From a virus (lineage: Duplodnaviria > Caudoviricetes): a stretch of 64,000 nucleotides of DNA. The notes below the pieces were generated by a model. It ran no database searches. It was given only the letters and a program-made list of their open reading frames with translations, and was not told where the DNA came from. Position numbers and translations under genes: made by a program. The stretch lies in IMG/VR virus record IMGVR_UViG_3300021400_000134; one strand, given 5' to 3'. Below, piece after piece: positions 1 through 13,203 of the stretch; position 1 is the first letter of the stretch, and each line of letters begins with the position of its first letter.

Positions 1-1
1 A

Positions 2-2077
2 GAGGGAGAAAAACCTTCTTATTATACAGTTAGCTTTACTCCAGAAACAAAAACTCCTTTTGTTCCTGGGTTATATTACACTAAAACTGGTAATGAATAT
101 ACTATAGCTAATACTTTTGACTCTAGTAAGACATATTATAGATATATTGATAGATATGTTTCAGCAGATTCATCAGGTATTTATGATGTTGGTGCTAAAT
201 GGAATGAAGATATAGTACCGGTACCTAGTACTGTAACGGTATCTGGTAAGACATTTGAATGAGAATTCCAAGAGATTCCAGATTTTGCAAAAGATGTTAA
301 TACATTACATGGTTTGATTTTAAAAGTTAATGAAGTATTATTATCTGACGATAAAGTTACTAGAGATAATAACACAGTTCAAGGATGTATTAATCTAATC
401 AATGATATTCTTGACAAATTCGATCAATTAAAGCCAGCAGAAATTGTAATGGTTGATACTTATGGTAGAATCCATAGTGGCGACTGAAGTAGTGAACAGA
501 AATTCGGATACAGTAATATTGGTAAACCAAGTGCGGATCTTGCTGTGCCGACCGGAGATCCAGTTGCCGCAGATAATGAGCGCTGACTAAAATTAACCAC
601 ATCTTCTGGAATTAGTAACAATGGTTATAAGCCTCATATCAAATTGGAACATACTTTTAACAAAGTTGAAGATACTACTACTGTTGCAGATAAAAATAAT
701 ACAAATGGAGATGGCTTAAATAAAGGCAATAATGATGAATTAAAGTTATATACTCCAATAGTTGATAATACAGGTCATATTGTTGGAAATAATATAGAAA
801 CAGTCACATTGCCTTATAATTTTAAAACTGTTAATGCAGATACAGGTAGTATAATTGCTGAAAATACTTTAGATAATTTTGGTATAAAAACTGCTGATAA
901 TTGATTAAGTACATCTGTTAATAATAAAAATGTTTTAATTGCTCATGATAATCCGCAGGCTGTAGAAGCTAGAACGATTGAAAATCAAAAATTGCATTTT
1001 GGAAATAGTTTTACTGTTGAAGATTGAAGTTTTGATGCTAAAGGACATAAATCTCGTGTTGATACTCATACAGTAACAATTCCTAATTTAACTATTAGTG
1101 GAAATGGAAATCTTATTGCCAATGCAGCCACTAATGCAGAGGGTGATTTAACATTAACAAAGAATAATGTTGGAGCACTTGCTTTAACTGGATATAGTGC
1201 GATTTCAAATGAGGTTACTCCACAAGCTCCAACCGCTGAAACAACTGTGAATAATGCAATTGCCAATATAATGAGATATCTTGGTAATGGTAGCTTAAGT
1301 GCAGAAGTAGAAGATGGAAATGAGGTTGTTACCGGAATTAATCTTGCTAATGGTGCGATTACTTTAGAAAGTACGCAACTTGGAACTGCAGCTTGACAAG
1401 ATTCAACTGCATTTGATGCAGCTGGTACTGCTGCTCAGGCTAAGGCCGATGTTCTTGGAGATGCGGCAACCGCGACAGCATCAGATAATACTCTTGCCGG
1501 ACTAAGAAAATATATTGTACAAGAATTTAATAATGTTACAAATACAGGTAGCTTCTGAGGCGCCCAATTTAAATATGACAATAGTGCATATTCTAGTACA
1601 AATCAACAAGAGATTCAAATGCAAACTCAAAATGATAGAAGAGCTCTTGTACCTTTAAGTAATAGTGATGTAATTACTTATGGTAGTTTTGCTCAGGATA
1701 GTTATACAGTAAATACAAATGGTGGCATAGCAATAACTTATGCTGGACTTTATAGAGTTCAGGGATCCATTGCAGCTTCTTTTGGTAGTGGAGTATATTC
1801 GGTGAAAACTTGGATAATGAAAAGTAATGATAACTATGAAAATCCAGCTGTTATAAGTAGTGCAACAGAATCTTTAGATGAGGATAGTTTATCTGGGGGT
1901 GTTTTCTGCACTGGTTCTAAATTGGTTCAATTACAAGCTGGAGATGTTGTTTATTTAGCTTGTACTATAACTCCTGGACAAGCAGGAGGAGGAGGAGGTT
2001 CTAGTACTATTACTACTGCAACCATTCTCTATGACAACCCAGGAACATATTTCTTACTAGAAAGAATTTCTGCTTAA
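2..2077 (+). CDS. Partial (5'-truncated) tail/fibre-type structural protein with C-terminal C1q/TNF/BclA-C-like domain; read through 7 TGA (Trp)
   Basis: One frame open from nt 2 except TGA at 260, 485, 584, 902, 1025, 1394, 1556. Joins track ORFs 644..904 and 1619..2077 and ends TAA. C-terminal GIAITYAGLYRVQGSI...LVQLQAGDVVYL pattern. Confidence 0.8.
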
Positions 2078-2087
2078 TATATTCTAT

Positions 2088-2118
2088 AAGGAGGAGAGAA
2101 ATCTCCTCCTTTATTTTT
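2088..2118 (+). terminator. Intrinsic terminator
   Basis: AAGGAGGAGA-GAAA-TCTCCTCCTT hairpin followed by TATTTTT. Confidence 0.8.
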
Positions 2119-2120
2119 CA

Positions 2121-2164
2121 GGACAAATATAGTTAAAACTTCTTAAAATATTTTTAAATAGTAT
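2121..2164 (+). promoter_or_regulatory. Putative phage-specific promoter motif GGNCAR-N6-(A/T)(T/C/A)AA-N18-YAWWTA, copy 1
   Basis: GGACAA-ATATAG-TTAA-18nt-TAAATAGT; same spacing at six other gene starts. Confidence 0.6.
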
Positions 2165-2186
2165 GAATAAAGGAGGGATAAAAGAT

Positions 2187-3050
2187 ATGGCGATAAATTA
2201 TGTAAAATTTATGCGTGGTACTCAAGCATTGTATGATAGTCTTGCAACTAAAGATCAAGATACATTATATTTTGTGTATGAATCAGTAGGAGATGACCAC
2301 GGTAAGTTATATCTTGGAAATAAATTAATTTCCGGTTCTTCCTCTAATATAGATGGGAATATTTCTTTATCGGATGTAGAAGATATTGTTTTAGATTCTA
2401 ATTTATCAGATGGTGATGTTCTCATATATGATGAGGCAGAAGGAAAATGAGTAAATTCTACTCTTGCCAATGCTTTATCAGTAGCGGTCATGACTGGGGC
2501 TACCGCCAGTACGGACGGTGCTTCTGGTTTAGTTCCGGTTCCAAGCGCAGGGGATCAGTTAAAATATTTACGTGGAGATGGTACATGGGCAACTGTTGAA
2601 GCTCAATTGCCAGCAGAGCAGTTAAATGATATAAGTGATTTAAAGGCAACTGTAGCAACTCTTGTAGATACTGATACTGGTAAATCTGTTGCTACTATTG
2701 CTGCTGAAAAAGTAGCAGAATTATTGATTCCAGAAGGTGCAAAAGAAAGTTTAGATACTTTACAAGAAATTGCTAACTGGATTCAAGACCATCCAGATGA
2801 CGCAAGTCAAATGAGTTCTGACATTACTGCTTTACAAGGACAAGTTGCTGATTTAGAAGATTTGTTAAATGGTGATGGAACTACAGATGGTTTAACTGCA
2901 AGAGTTTCTACATTAGAAACTACAATGGGAACTTTCACTCCAGTAGAAGGAAAATACTCGAGTGTTGGTTCTGCAATTGATTATTTAAATAATTCCTATA
3001 CGTCAATTGACGAACGTCTACAATGACACGAATTGGCAAATGAGGGATAA
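2187..3050 (+). CDS. Tail/fibre structural protein (287 aa, 2 TGA=Trp)
   Basis: RBS AGGAGG. TGA 2448 (EGK-W-VNS) and 3024 (RLQ-W-HEL) join ORFs 2163..2450 and 2490..3026; ends TAA. Fibre-type motifs GLVPVPSAGDQLKYLRGDGTW and LDTLQEIANWI. Confidence 0.85.
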
Positions 3051-3071
3051 AAAAGAAAGGAGAATTAAAAA

Positions 3072-4829
3072 ATGCCTGCAAGTAATTTAATTCGTTTTAA
3101 ACGAGGTACTTCTGCACAGTTAGCCACAATTAAGAGTGGTAAAACAGGTGTTGATGGTGCTTTTTATTTAACTATTGATGATGCAGATGCATCGAGTAGA
3201 TTGTATGTAGGTCGTGCTAATGGTGATGTTGTGCCGGTTAACCAAGGTATTTATACGGTCACTGCTGTCACTGACTTAACGAGTAGTGTTAATAGTGGTA
3301 AATTACAGCCTGGTGATTTTGCTTATGTCACAGGTACTGCTGCTCAAAATTATACAGATGGTAATATTCTCGCTTATTGGACAGGAGATAAATGGCTCCA
3401 ATTAAATAAGGTTGATGTTACAGATAAATTCTTGAGCTCTTTGGATGTTGCTATTACCACAACAGGTGGAGTTGCTACAGTAAAACTTACTGGCTTAGAT
3501 GAAGGTGGAACAACTCTTAACGGTGCTTTAGAAACAACATTTACAATGCAAGGCGCAAATGGCGTTACTGTTTCTAACACAGATGATGCTATTACTGTTA
3601 CTGGTACATCATATGGATTAAGTTCTGCCGCAATTGCCGCAGAAAGTAATCAGGGTGTTATTTCATTAACAGGAAATGATGGTACTAATAATGCTGCTGC
3701 TGGTTCAGTAACGATTAAATCTGCTGATGGTAATCATGTTCATATTACTGGAACTGCCAATAACATTGAAATTGATACTCCAGTAGTACAAACAGCAACA
3801 CTTTCAAATGAAGCCAACGGTTTTGGTCTTCAAGTAACAGATAGTTTTAGCAATCAAACTACAAAGTCAACAATTGATCCAACTATAAAATATGGTGGAA
3901 CTGGTAGTTCTACAGCGCATTTTATTAGTGGCGAAGCTACATTAAATGTCTATAATAAAGATGAAATTGATGGCTTATTAAAGGGTCTTGATGCTTTAAC
4001 TTATAAAGGTACTGTAGGTGCTAGTGGCTCATATGCTCAAAGTGTAAGTGGAATTACCGCTTCAAGTATGCCAGCTCTTCATATTGGTGATACTTTTAAA
4101 TTAGTTGGTGATCATAGTACTCCATATGGAAATATTCCGATTAACACTGGAACTCCTCAAAGTCCTACTGTATCTACTACAGGAACAGCTCATGGTGGAG
4201 ATTTATTAATTGCCAATGGTGTTGAAACTAATGGTGAAATTACAACTCTTTATTATGATATTATCGAAGTAGAGCAGGGAGAGGATACAACTTATACAAT
4301 CACTGCTAGTGATGTAGATAAGAAGATTACAGTTGCAGATAGTCATGGCGATACTATTGGTGGAATGGCTATTGCCGCAACTGCAAATAATCCTATTGCA
4401 ATTAGTGGAGCATCTGATAGTAATAACATTGAAACAGTTACTATTGGTCATGGAGTTGTAAATCAAGCTTCTGGTTTAACTAACGGTAAGTTAAATGCTA
4501 CAACAGAAACAGCTGTTACAGATGCTAACACTATTACAGCAGTAACAGATGTTACAGTAGATGAATTTGGTCATACAACAGCATTTAAGACAAAAGAATT
4601 TGGTATTGCAAAACTTGCTGCAGTTTCAGAATCATTCTCTACATCTGCTACAGGTAATGTTGCAACAATTACAAATACTCCAACTGCTACAAATTCAGAT
4701 AGTTCACCAATAACCGCAACTGCCGGTTCTTTTGATTTAGCATCTGAAAACTTAACAGTTACTGCTCCTGCAGTAGCAGCTGGCGAAAACCCACAGGTAA
4801 TGGTTAATTTTGTTTGGGAATCATTCTAA
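3072..4829 (+). CDS. Thr/Gly-rich structural (tail fibre-like) protein, 585 aa, no TGA
   Basis: Intact ORF with RBS; N-terminal IRFKRGT module shared with neighbours. Confidence 0.8.
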   Translation: MPASNLIRFKRGTSAQLATIKSGKTGVDGAFYLTIDDADASSRLYVGRANGDVVPVNQGIYTVTAVTDLTSSVNSGKLQPGDFAYVTGTAAQNYTDGNILAYWTGDKWLQLNKVDVTDKFLSSLDVAITTTGGVATVKLTGLDEGGTTLNGALETTFTMQGANGVTVSNTDDAITVTGTSYGLSSAAIAAESNQGVISLTGNDGTNNAAAGSVTIKSADGNHVHITGTANNIEIDTPVVQTATLSNEANGFGLQVTDSFSNQTTKSTIDPTIKYGGTGSSTAHFISGEATLNVYNKDEIDGLLKGLDALTYKGTVGASGSYAQSVSGITASSMPALHIGDTFKLVGDHSTPYGNIPINTGTPQSPTVSTTGTAHGGDLLIANGVETNGEITTLYYDIIEVEQGEDTTYTITASDVDKKITVADSHGDTIGGMAIAATANNPIAISGASDSNNIETVTIGHGVVNQASGLTNGKLNATTETAVTDANTITAVTDVTVDEFGHTTAFKTKEFGIAKLAAVSESFSTSATGNVATITNTPTATNSDSSPITATAGSFDLASENLTVTAPAVAAGENPQVMVNFVWESF

Positions 4830-4837
4830 AAATTAAA

Positions 4838-4881
4838 GGCCAAAACCCAACAATAGAGTTTTTATATTCTTTAAACTTTTT
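4838..4881 (+). promoter_or_regulatory. Putative phage-specific promoter motif, copy 2
   Basis: GGCCAA-AACCCA-ACAA-18nt-TAAACTTT. Confidence 0.45.
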
Positions 4882-4896
4882 GAAGGATAATATATA

Positions 4897-4933
4897 TAGG
4901 AGAGAAGAGAATTATTCTTCTCTCCTATTTTTT
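4897..4933 (+). terminator. Terminator-like hairpin upstream of giant gene
   Basis: TAGGAGAGAAGA...TCTTCTCTCCTA followed by TTTTTT. Confidence 0.7.
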
Positions 4934-4961
4934 ATATTACAAGGAAAGAAAGGAGAATTAT

Positions 4962-7900
4962 ATGGCTAATGATAAAATTAAGTTCTGGCCTGTTCGTGGC
5001 ACTTATGAACAAATTATAAAAGAACCATATTGCGATGGAAAGATTTATTTTGCATATGATACAAATCAAATCTTTTTAGATGTTAATGGTGAAAATAAGT
5101 GTCCGATGGGTAGTAGTAGCAGCAGTTCTGGTATTTTATATGCAGAAGCAGATAGTGATACTTTAGAAAAAGAGATACCGGAAGATGATGCCGATGATAA
5201 ATATTTTATGTCAATTAGTGCTCTTGAAGAAAATAGTCGTGAAAAGAAACTTTTTGTAGATGACTTAATTTTAAATTCTGATGGGAAATTTTTCAGAATA
5301 TTGTCAATAGATAACACTAACCAAAAAATATATTGTCAATTATTAGCTGTTAGCGGTTCTGGTGGAGGCGGAGGTGGAAGCGCCTATTCTAACCGCAGTA
5401 AGATTTACAAAGAAGATCCAGAATCTAATTACTTAATTAATGGTAGAGAATCTTCAATTAGAGTCTATGCTGTTTCTGGTAAAGATCCAGAAGATGGCAC
5501 TCAATTAGACACTAAATTAATTGTACATTGAACTTTGGCAGAAAAAACTCCGACAGGACTTTGAAGTATTTATAGCCAAAATACTTTTACTATTACAGCT
5601 TCGACTCAAGAGGAACCTATTTGAGAAGAATTTGAATTTGGTACAAAAGCGCGTCAGTCAACAACGAACTTACTTACTATGTGAGTAACAGGTAGTGCTA
5701 GTACCGAAAGCCGCAGTTTTGAATATGAGTTTTATACTTCTGAATTAGCGTTAGAAAAGCATCCAAACTTCAATAACGTTAATACATATTCTCCATCAGA
5801 TGTAAATATTTATTGTACTGCTGTTGGTGATTTAGAAAAAATAATTTATTATTATTTTGGAACAGAGGATGGTGAAATTCTTCTAAATCAGGGTGGGACA
5901 GTATTAGCTTCAGGCACATCAGAGCAGATTTATCATGTTCCTGAAGAGCTTGCTACTCATGGTGCTCACACCGTTAGGATTGAGTTATATCAGTATATTA
6001 ATGGAAAAGCTGATTTTACAGCTTCTGCTGCACCTATTCAGATGGAAATTGCTGTAATTGATCCAGATAATAGCCTTCCAGTTATTTGGTTGGGAGATTA
6101 TCAAGATGAATATTATCAATATGATAATGTTAGAATTCCTTTTAGAGTATATGACCCTAAAGCTGTAATTGGTACAAATATTACTCTTTATAAAGATACT
6201 AATAAATTGGGTGAAAGATCAATTACAGATAGCTCAGTCTTTTCTATTTGAGAAATTGTAAATACTGATTTGAATATGCGTAATTATTACAGTATTTCTT
6301 GTGGTCAAGACGAAAATGAAGTTCGTAAAGAAATTTCTTTTAATGTCGTTGAAGATCCAAATAGAAAGAATATGAAAATTGCTACAACTGGTTTAAAATA
6401 CTCTTTTGACGCCAGTGGTCGTAGTAATAGTGAATCAAGTATTAATCGTTCTACTTATGTCTATGGAGAAGGCGATAATGCAATTGCTGCAAAATTTGAA
6501 GGATTTAACTGATATAATAATGGTTGGATTACAGATTCAGAAACAGGAAATACTTGTTTAAGAATTAGTAATGGCGCTGTATTCTCAGTTCCTTTGAAGC
6601 GTACACATTTTGCTACTTCTGATACAAGTAATCAGTCTCATACTTTTGAATTCCAGTTTAAAGTAAGAAATGTTCAAGACTATAGTAGTATTGTTCATAA
6701 TATTACTCGCTATAAAGGAAATACAGAAGAAGAGCATCCTCCAGTTTTTATCTGGGATGATAGTGATAATTATCCAACAAAAGCGTATAGTACTTATAAC
6801 GATCCAAGTTTATATACCGAATGGAGCGGTGGAAAAGTTTTTGATAACTATGACGCATTCTTATCTTGGTATTTACCAGCATATGCAGAACATCATCCAG
6901 AAACAGTTGGAACAATTCCTCCGTCTTATGATAATTTGGAATATAATTATACTGAAAAATTATTAAATACAAATTATGCTGCTGGACGTTATTATGATGA
7001 TCAACATGGTATTTGTATTGGTGCACAAGATGCATTATTTACAAATGGTGTTAATACAGTAAACGTCTCTTATGTAGAAGATAAAATTGTAAATCTTACA
7101 ATCGTTTATTCTCATGGAGATGGCAAACCAAATGGCAGTAATAAATTAATGTCAATTTATTTGAATGGTGTGTTAACAGGTGTTACTCGTTCTGTATTAA
7201 ATGATGCTTGAGATATCGGTAATGATGATAATATCAATCTTGTATTCGATTCTAAGTATTGTGATTTCGATCTATACAAAATTAGAGTCTATAATCAACC
7301 ATTAACATTACCAATGGTATTAGTTAACTATATGGTTGATTTAAAAGATCCAATTGGATATGATTTGACACAATTAGCTGTTGTTAATAATACAATTAAT
7401 GAATCTCAATTAGTTTATAAAAATATGACTGATTATAATGAGGCTCATCCAGATGGATATATTATGCCATATCTTATCATCACAACAAATCCATCAGAAG
7501 ATAATAGACTACCTTGGTCTAAATCTAGAAAATTAGAAGATTATGCTCGTTTTGAATTTGTTAATACAGGCCTTGATAGAGCTTATACTACTGGTGAATT
7601 AAACCAGTTGGCTGAACGCGCCGGACAAACCGTAGAAGAGTATTATAAGCATCATTGTCCATCTTGAATTGGTGATAATATTACAATTCAGATTCAAGGA
7701 ACTTCTTCTGAATTTTATCCAAGACGTAATTATAAAGCAAAAACTAAAGATTCAAGCAAAAATGTAAATATGTATATGAACAGAGGTCCATTTGCTCAAA
7801 AGTATGTTTCAGAAGATGCTGCTGAGAAAGAGCAAACTCATTTAGACTTTTTCTATATGGACAATGACACTGTTGGTACTACAAAATTTACACTAAAGAT

Positions 7901-10900
7901 TGACTACATGGAATCTTCTGGTACTTATAACATGGGTTTTGCAAACCTTGCTAAAAATATTTATACACATCATCCACTTTATGACTATTATACAAAAGGA
8001 GCTTTTTTAACTGCTGATACAGCGTATGAAGAAGCTACTTCTTATTCAGAAGGAAAGACTTATTACTATAAGAATCATAAGGGAAATTGAAAAAATACCA
8101 CAGATGATGAATTAAAGATTGCTACTGCAGAAGAATTCAATATGGGTCCAGTTGCATATGCGCAATCTAAAGGTATTACAAAAGTATTAACTGATACTTC
8201 TGTGCCTGAATATAATAAATGATATGTAGCAACTACTGTTTATAATACAGCAGAAGTTCCAAATTATTTAGATGATTATCGTACTTCAGTACAAGGTTTC
8301 CCTGTTCTGACATTCCATGAAACAACAGATGCTAATGGAAATAGTACAGGTATTAGATTCATTGGTCGTTACAATATGCTATTAGATAAAGGCTCAGATG
8401 AAGCATTTGGATTTAAACCAGCAGAAGAGGTTTATCAAAAATTTGCAACAAACAGCAAAGGAAAACCGTTAAAGGTTAGTAAAGTTGCCGAATGTTGAGA
8501 AGCAGAAAATAACTCTCGTGGTTTCTGTTCATTCCGTGACGCCGCAACTAATAGAACAGATGATAAATTCTTTGACACTGGTACTTTAACTAATGCTGGT
8601 GCACCAATAGTGGCAGACTATTGGGAATACCGTTATCATGATAAAGCAGACTCATTAGATGTTCTTTATGAATTAAAGGATAAAATAGCTGATGAAAAGT
8701 CTATTGCTACAGTCGCTGATGAAATGGGTGTTGATATTCAGGATACAACTGTTGTTCCTTGCCCTGATCCAAAATATACCGGAACCTATACTCAAGGTAT
8801 GGCAAATGCGGGCCAGGCTTTATTAGATACTTATTCTAACTGGGAACGTGCGGTTAGATGGGTTTATAGCACAGACCAGGAAGCAGTTCCTTCCGCAGGT
8901 ACATATCGTGAAGTAGATTTAGGTCTTGAAGCTTATCAGCCAAATATTTACTATATTTTTGATGAAGAAAATAGTAAAATGGTAGAAGACCCAGAAACAG
9001 GCGAAGAAACTTATGTATATGCTTATAAATTAGATAATTCTGAAAATTATAATCCATCACAGGCTTATTATAAGAAGATTAATAATAATTATGAGCCTAT
9101 TAAGCTTTGCGCCGATTCAAGTCTAGTATATCAAACTAATACATATTATATCCTAACTACTCTTGGAGATTATGTATTAGATCCTGATACTGCATTTAAT
9201 CCAGATTATACTTACTATTTCTTAGATGCTGATGAAGCAAACAGTGGAGCTGCTTTATTGCCAGAACCTGTTGTTTATAATGGAAAAACATATACTTATG
9301 ATACAAAAGAATATCGTAATGCCAAATTTACAAATGATTTAACAAAACACTTTAATCTTGAATATCTTGTTACATACTTTATTATGACTGAAGTGTTTGA
9401 GTGTTATGACTCTCGTGGAAAGAATGCGATGTTTGCTTCTTGGGGTCCTCAAGAACAGGGTGGAGATTATATTTGATACCCAATTTTCTACGATATCGAT
9501 ACTCAATTAGGTATTAATAATACTGGTATTCCTTCATTTGAGTATTATGTAGATGCTACTGAAAATGGAACATTCTCTACTAATGATAGCTTGCTATGGA
9601 ATAACTTATATAAGAATTTCCGTGGTCAAATTATTCAGAAATATAGACAGTTAAGAGGAGCAAATTCAACATATCCTTCTTTAAGTCCAGCTCCATTGCA
9701 AACAGTAGATAGAATTGAAAAATGGTATTTAGCTGATCCTAATACAACAAATAGTTTTGCTATGAGAGGTGAAAGACCATTAATCGCGTTAAATCTTGAT
9801 GAATATTATAAATATATTACTATTACAAATCCTTTAATGGGTTATCAAGATAGAAATGGCGGTACTGGTTATGATAATGGTACTTATTTCTATGCATTAC
9901 AAGGTGATAGAAGCTTATCAAGACAGCAGTTCTTAACAAACCGTTTAAATTATATTGATTCTTGGTTGAACCAAGGCAACTATGAACGTGGTGGCACAAA
10001 TATTATTAGAGGTCGTGTTGCTGCAAATAATCCAGAAACTCAATCAGATAAGTGAATTGATATTGGAGGTAACGCTAATAATATTTCAGCGCTTAGTGAG
10101 AGTGCTTATTGGTTAGATGATGAAGAAACGCGTAAGCATCATTTATTTGATGGTGAATATTGGATTAATATGGAACCAGTAAGAAACTCATATGTAACTG
10201 TTGGTACAGACGCCGCAAACTTCCCTTCATTAAAATATACCAATCTTGAAGGGCCTGTTAGATTTATCACTTCTGATTTAGAAAATGGTGTTCGTAAAAG
10301 TGGTAACTATAGAGAGCAGCTTTACTATATCTATGGCTTAGACCAGATGAAGAGTTTAGGCGATATGAGTAGATTATACTGAGCAGAATTTAATATTGAA
10401 GGCTCCGCTGCGAAGATGACTGATTTATTGCTTGGCTATGATGGTGTAGATGAAGATAATGCGCATTATAAGAATGAAAGAATTAATATGTATGGTATCC
10501 ATGCTAGCAATTCAGCAAGTGATAAAGGCGGTATGCCATTATTAAAGAAAATTAATTTATCATATATTAAATTCAATGATGCTTCACCAACTTATGATTT
10601 TACTAGCTGTGAAAAACTTGAAGACTTTAGAGCTATTGGTTCAAATATTACTAATGTTTCATTTGCAGATGGTGTTGCTTTAAATACCTTATACTTGCCA
10701 GATACAATTAAACGTCTTGATTTAACTGAGGCAACAAAATTAAATAATATTGTTACAGATTTCAGAGTTCGTAAAGATTCTATAAATCAAGATGTTTATC
10801 CAGGACTTTATATCCCTGGTTTGACTGATAATAGTGAAAATCCAATTTCTGCAATTGAAGCGATTAATATTATTGGTGATCACATGGGTTATGATAGTTA

Positions 10901-12884
10901 TAAACTATTGCAAAACTATTTTAAAGCTAGACGTCAAGCAGGAATGTCTTCTATTACAATTACGGATGTAAAATGAACTCCTTATGAATTACTAGAAGAA
11001 GGCGCCTCTTATAATAGCGCTGAAAGCGATTCTTATTATGTAGATGACGGTCACTTTGGCTTTAAACCTTTCGTTTATAATAGTTATAATGAATGAAATT
11101 TATTAATTAAAAATGGCGAGTTATATAAATTTAATTCAACATTAGATAGTAGTATAATAAAAACAACTCAATTATTAGACCTTTTAGCAGATGAAGCTAA
11201 TTTTAATAGTGCTTCTTCTAATACTAGCACAGTTCCAACCATTACAGGAACTGTTTATGTAAACAATGATACGGCTATAAATGAAAATGATATTGAAGCA
11301 AATTTAGTAACAAAATACCCAGGAATAAAATTCTTCTTTAAAAAGGTCGATAAAGTTCCAGCCGCAAAATATGTTATTTTAAACGATGATGGAACTTATG
11401 ATGTATTGGCAAGAAAGTCTTTAAGTCAAAATGAAACTTTCTTCCCAAATCCATTGACATTAATTTCTTCAAAAGAATTGGATAAATATGATACTAGATT
11501 AAAATATGATTTCTATGGATGGGGCAGTAAAGCATTGAGTCCGGCTGGAGTAGAAGCATTAAATGATATTGAGTGGTATTTAAGCTCAAAGAATAACTTA
11601 ATTGTTACTACAAATAATCCTGATTCTGCAGCATTAACGCAAGATCAGTGGTATGACAATTGGGCAACTCAATCTGTTCAAGAAGGAGTCTATGACTATA
11701 CATTCTATGCTGTTTATGGTGTTCATAAATATATTATGACATTCTTAAATGGTGATAATAAAACAGTCGCAGGAGAACTTCGTGTTGAAGCAGATGAATT
11801 TGTTCCAATTCCAACATTTATTCCAAGCAAGGATGAATCAGATTTACCATTCGATCAAACTTATAGATTTACTGGTCAATGAGCTCTTGAAAATGGCAGA
11901 GTTTTAGCAGAAAATACAATTAAGTCTAATAGAAATTATACTTTCTATTCAGATTTTAAGCAACAATCTGTATATGATGAACCTACAAACATAGATTATT
12001 TCACATTCTCAAGTCCATTACCATATTCAGAAACAGAAGGAAGCTTAAGTGATGTTATTGCAATGACATTATTAAGCGGCTCTAATGCACTGGATCCTGC
12101 ATATAATGTAAGCGATGGTGTTGTAATTAATATCAAACCAGGCGTACATTTGTCAGGAAAAATTACTTTACCTATTCGCTCACCAGCTGGAAATCCAGTT
12201 ATTGGTGTTGGCAATAGTTTTGCAATTGCCAATAACGCAGGTGTTATTCAAAATGGTGGAAAAGATATTACTCATATTTTCTGGTATCATACAGATACAG
12301 AAAAACCAATGGTAAGATATATTAGTGTTGGCGCATTTGCAAGTACCGTTGCAGCATCTTCTGCTAGTGTTATACCTTCAAAAATAAGATATGTTGAACT
12401 TCCTGAAGGATTAAGAATCATTGGTACAAATGCTTTCTTCTGGACTAGGTCTTTAGATGTTACTTTGATGGAATTACCTTCTACTTTAATTGCAATTAAT
12501 AGTAATGCTTTTAACCAAGCATTTACATCTAATATTACTGGAGGTACATTTACAATTCCAGGAGCTGTTAGTGGTATTGGCGAAAGAGCATTTACAAATA
12601 TGGTTCGAGTAGATACGTTTAGATTTGGAACAATTGATGATCCATCTAAATTAGAGAATATCGGTGGAAGTAGATATGTAGATGGAACTTATACCGGTGC
12701 TGATGTATTTAATGGAAATGGTGCAACTCCAAATAAGCTTGAATTCTATGCCAGTAGTGAAAACCAGGTTGAAAAATGGGTTGAATTCTTAACGGGCTCA
12801 AGACAAGGAGTAGATTCTTATTTCGCAAATATGAGTCAAGCAAATAGATATTTCTACTTTAATGGAAATACCATAAATCAATAA
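4962..12884 (+). CDS. Giant virion-type protein (~2640 aa) with LamG-like, CotH-kinase-like and C-terminal BspA-type LRR regions; many TGA=Trp
   Basis: Twelve track ORFs (4962 to 12063 starts) share one frame, each except the last ending at TGA; final TAA 12882-12884. Motifs IQGTSSEFYPRRNYK, YDSRGKN, W-YPIFYDIDTQLG and LPEGLRIIGTNAF/LPSTLIAINSNAF/IPGAVSGIGERAF. Confidence 0.8.
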
Positions 12885-12898
12885 GAGGAGGATACGTA

Positions 12899-13117
12899 AT
12901 GAAAAAACAAGCATTATATACTTATTTAGGTACTAATGGAACAATTACTTCTCCCGTTCATCTTGAAGATATCTATTATACATTAAAGTATGAAATAGAG
13001 GCTGAAGCTAATAAAATGCTTACTAAAGATGGACAAACATTTTTAAAAAGAACAGTAGTTCCAGCCGATGAATTGGATGAATGGAAAGAAGTATATTCAA
13101 AGGTCAGTTCTAAATAA
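12899..13117 (+). CDS. Small hypothetical protein (72 aa)
   Basis: RBS GAGGAGG, intact ORF directly after giant gene. Confidence 0.75.
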   Translation: MKKQALYTYLGTNGTITSPVHLEDIYYTLKYEIEAEANKMLTKDGQTFLKRTVVPADELDEWKEVYSKVSSK

Positions 13118-13145
13118 TTAAACTTAATGAAAAATTAAGTATAAT
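13102..13145 (+). promoter_or_regulatory. Putative phage-specific promoter motif, copy 3
   Basis: GGTCAG-TTCTAA-ATAA-18nt-TAAGTATAAT. Confidence 0.6.
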
Positions 13146-13149
13146 AGTT

Positions 13150-13184
13150 AAAGGGAGAGGATTTATCTCCTCTCCCTTAATTTT
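13150..13184 (+). terminator. Terminator-like hairpin
   Basis: AAGGGAGAGGA-TTTATC-TCCTCTCCCTT-AATTTT. Confidence 0.6.
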
Positions 13185-13203
13185 AAGATAGGAGGAAAAT
13201 TAG

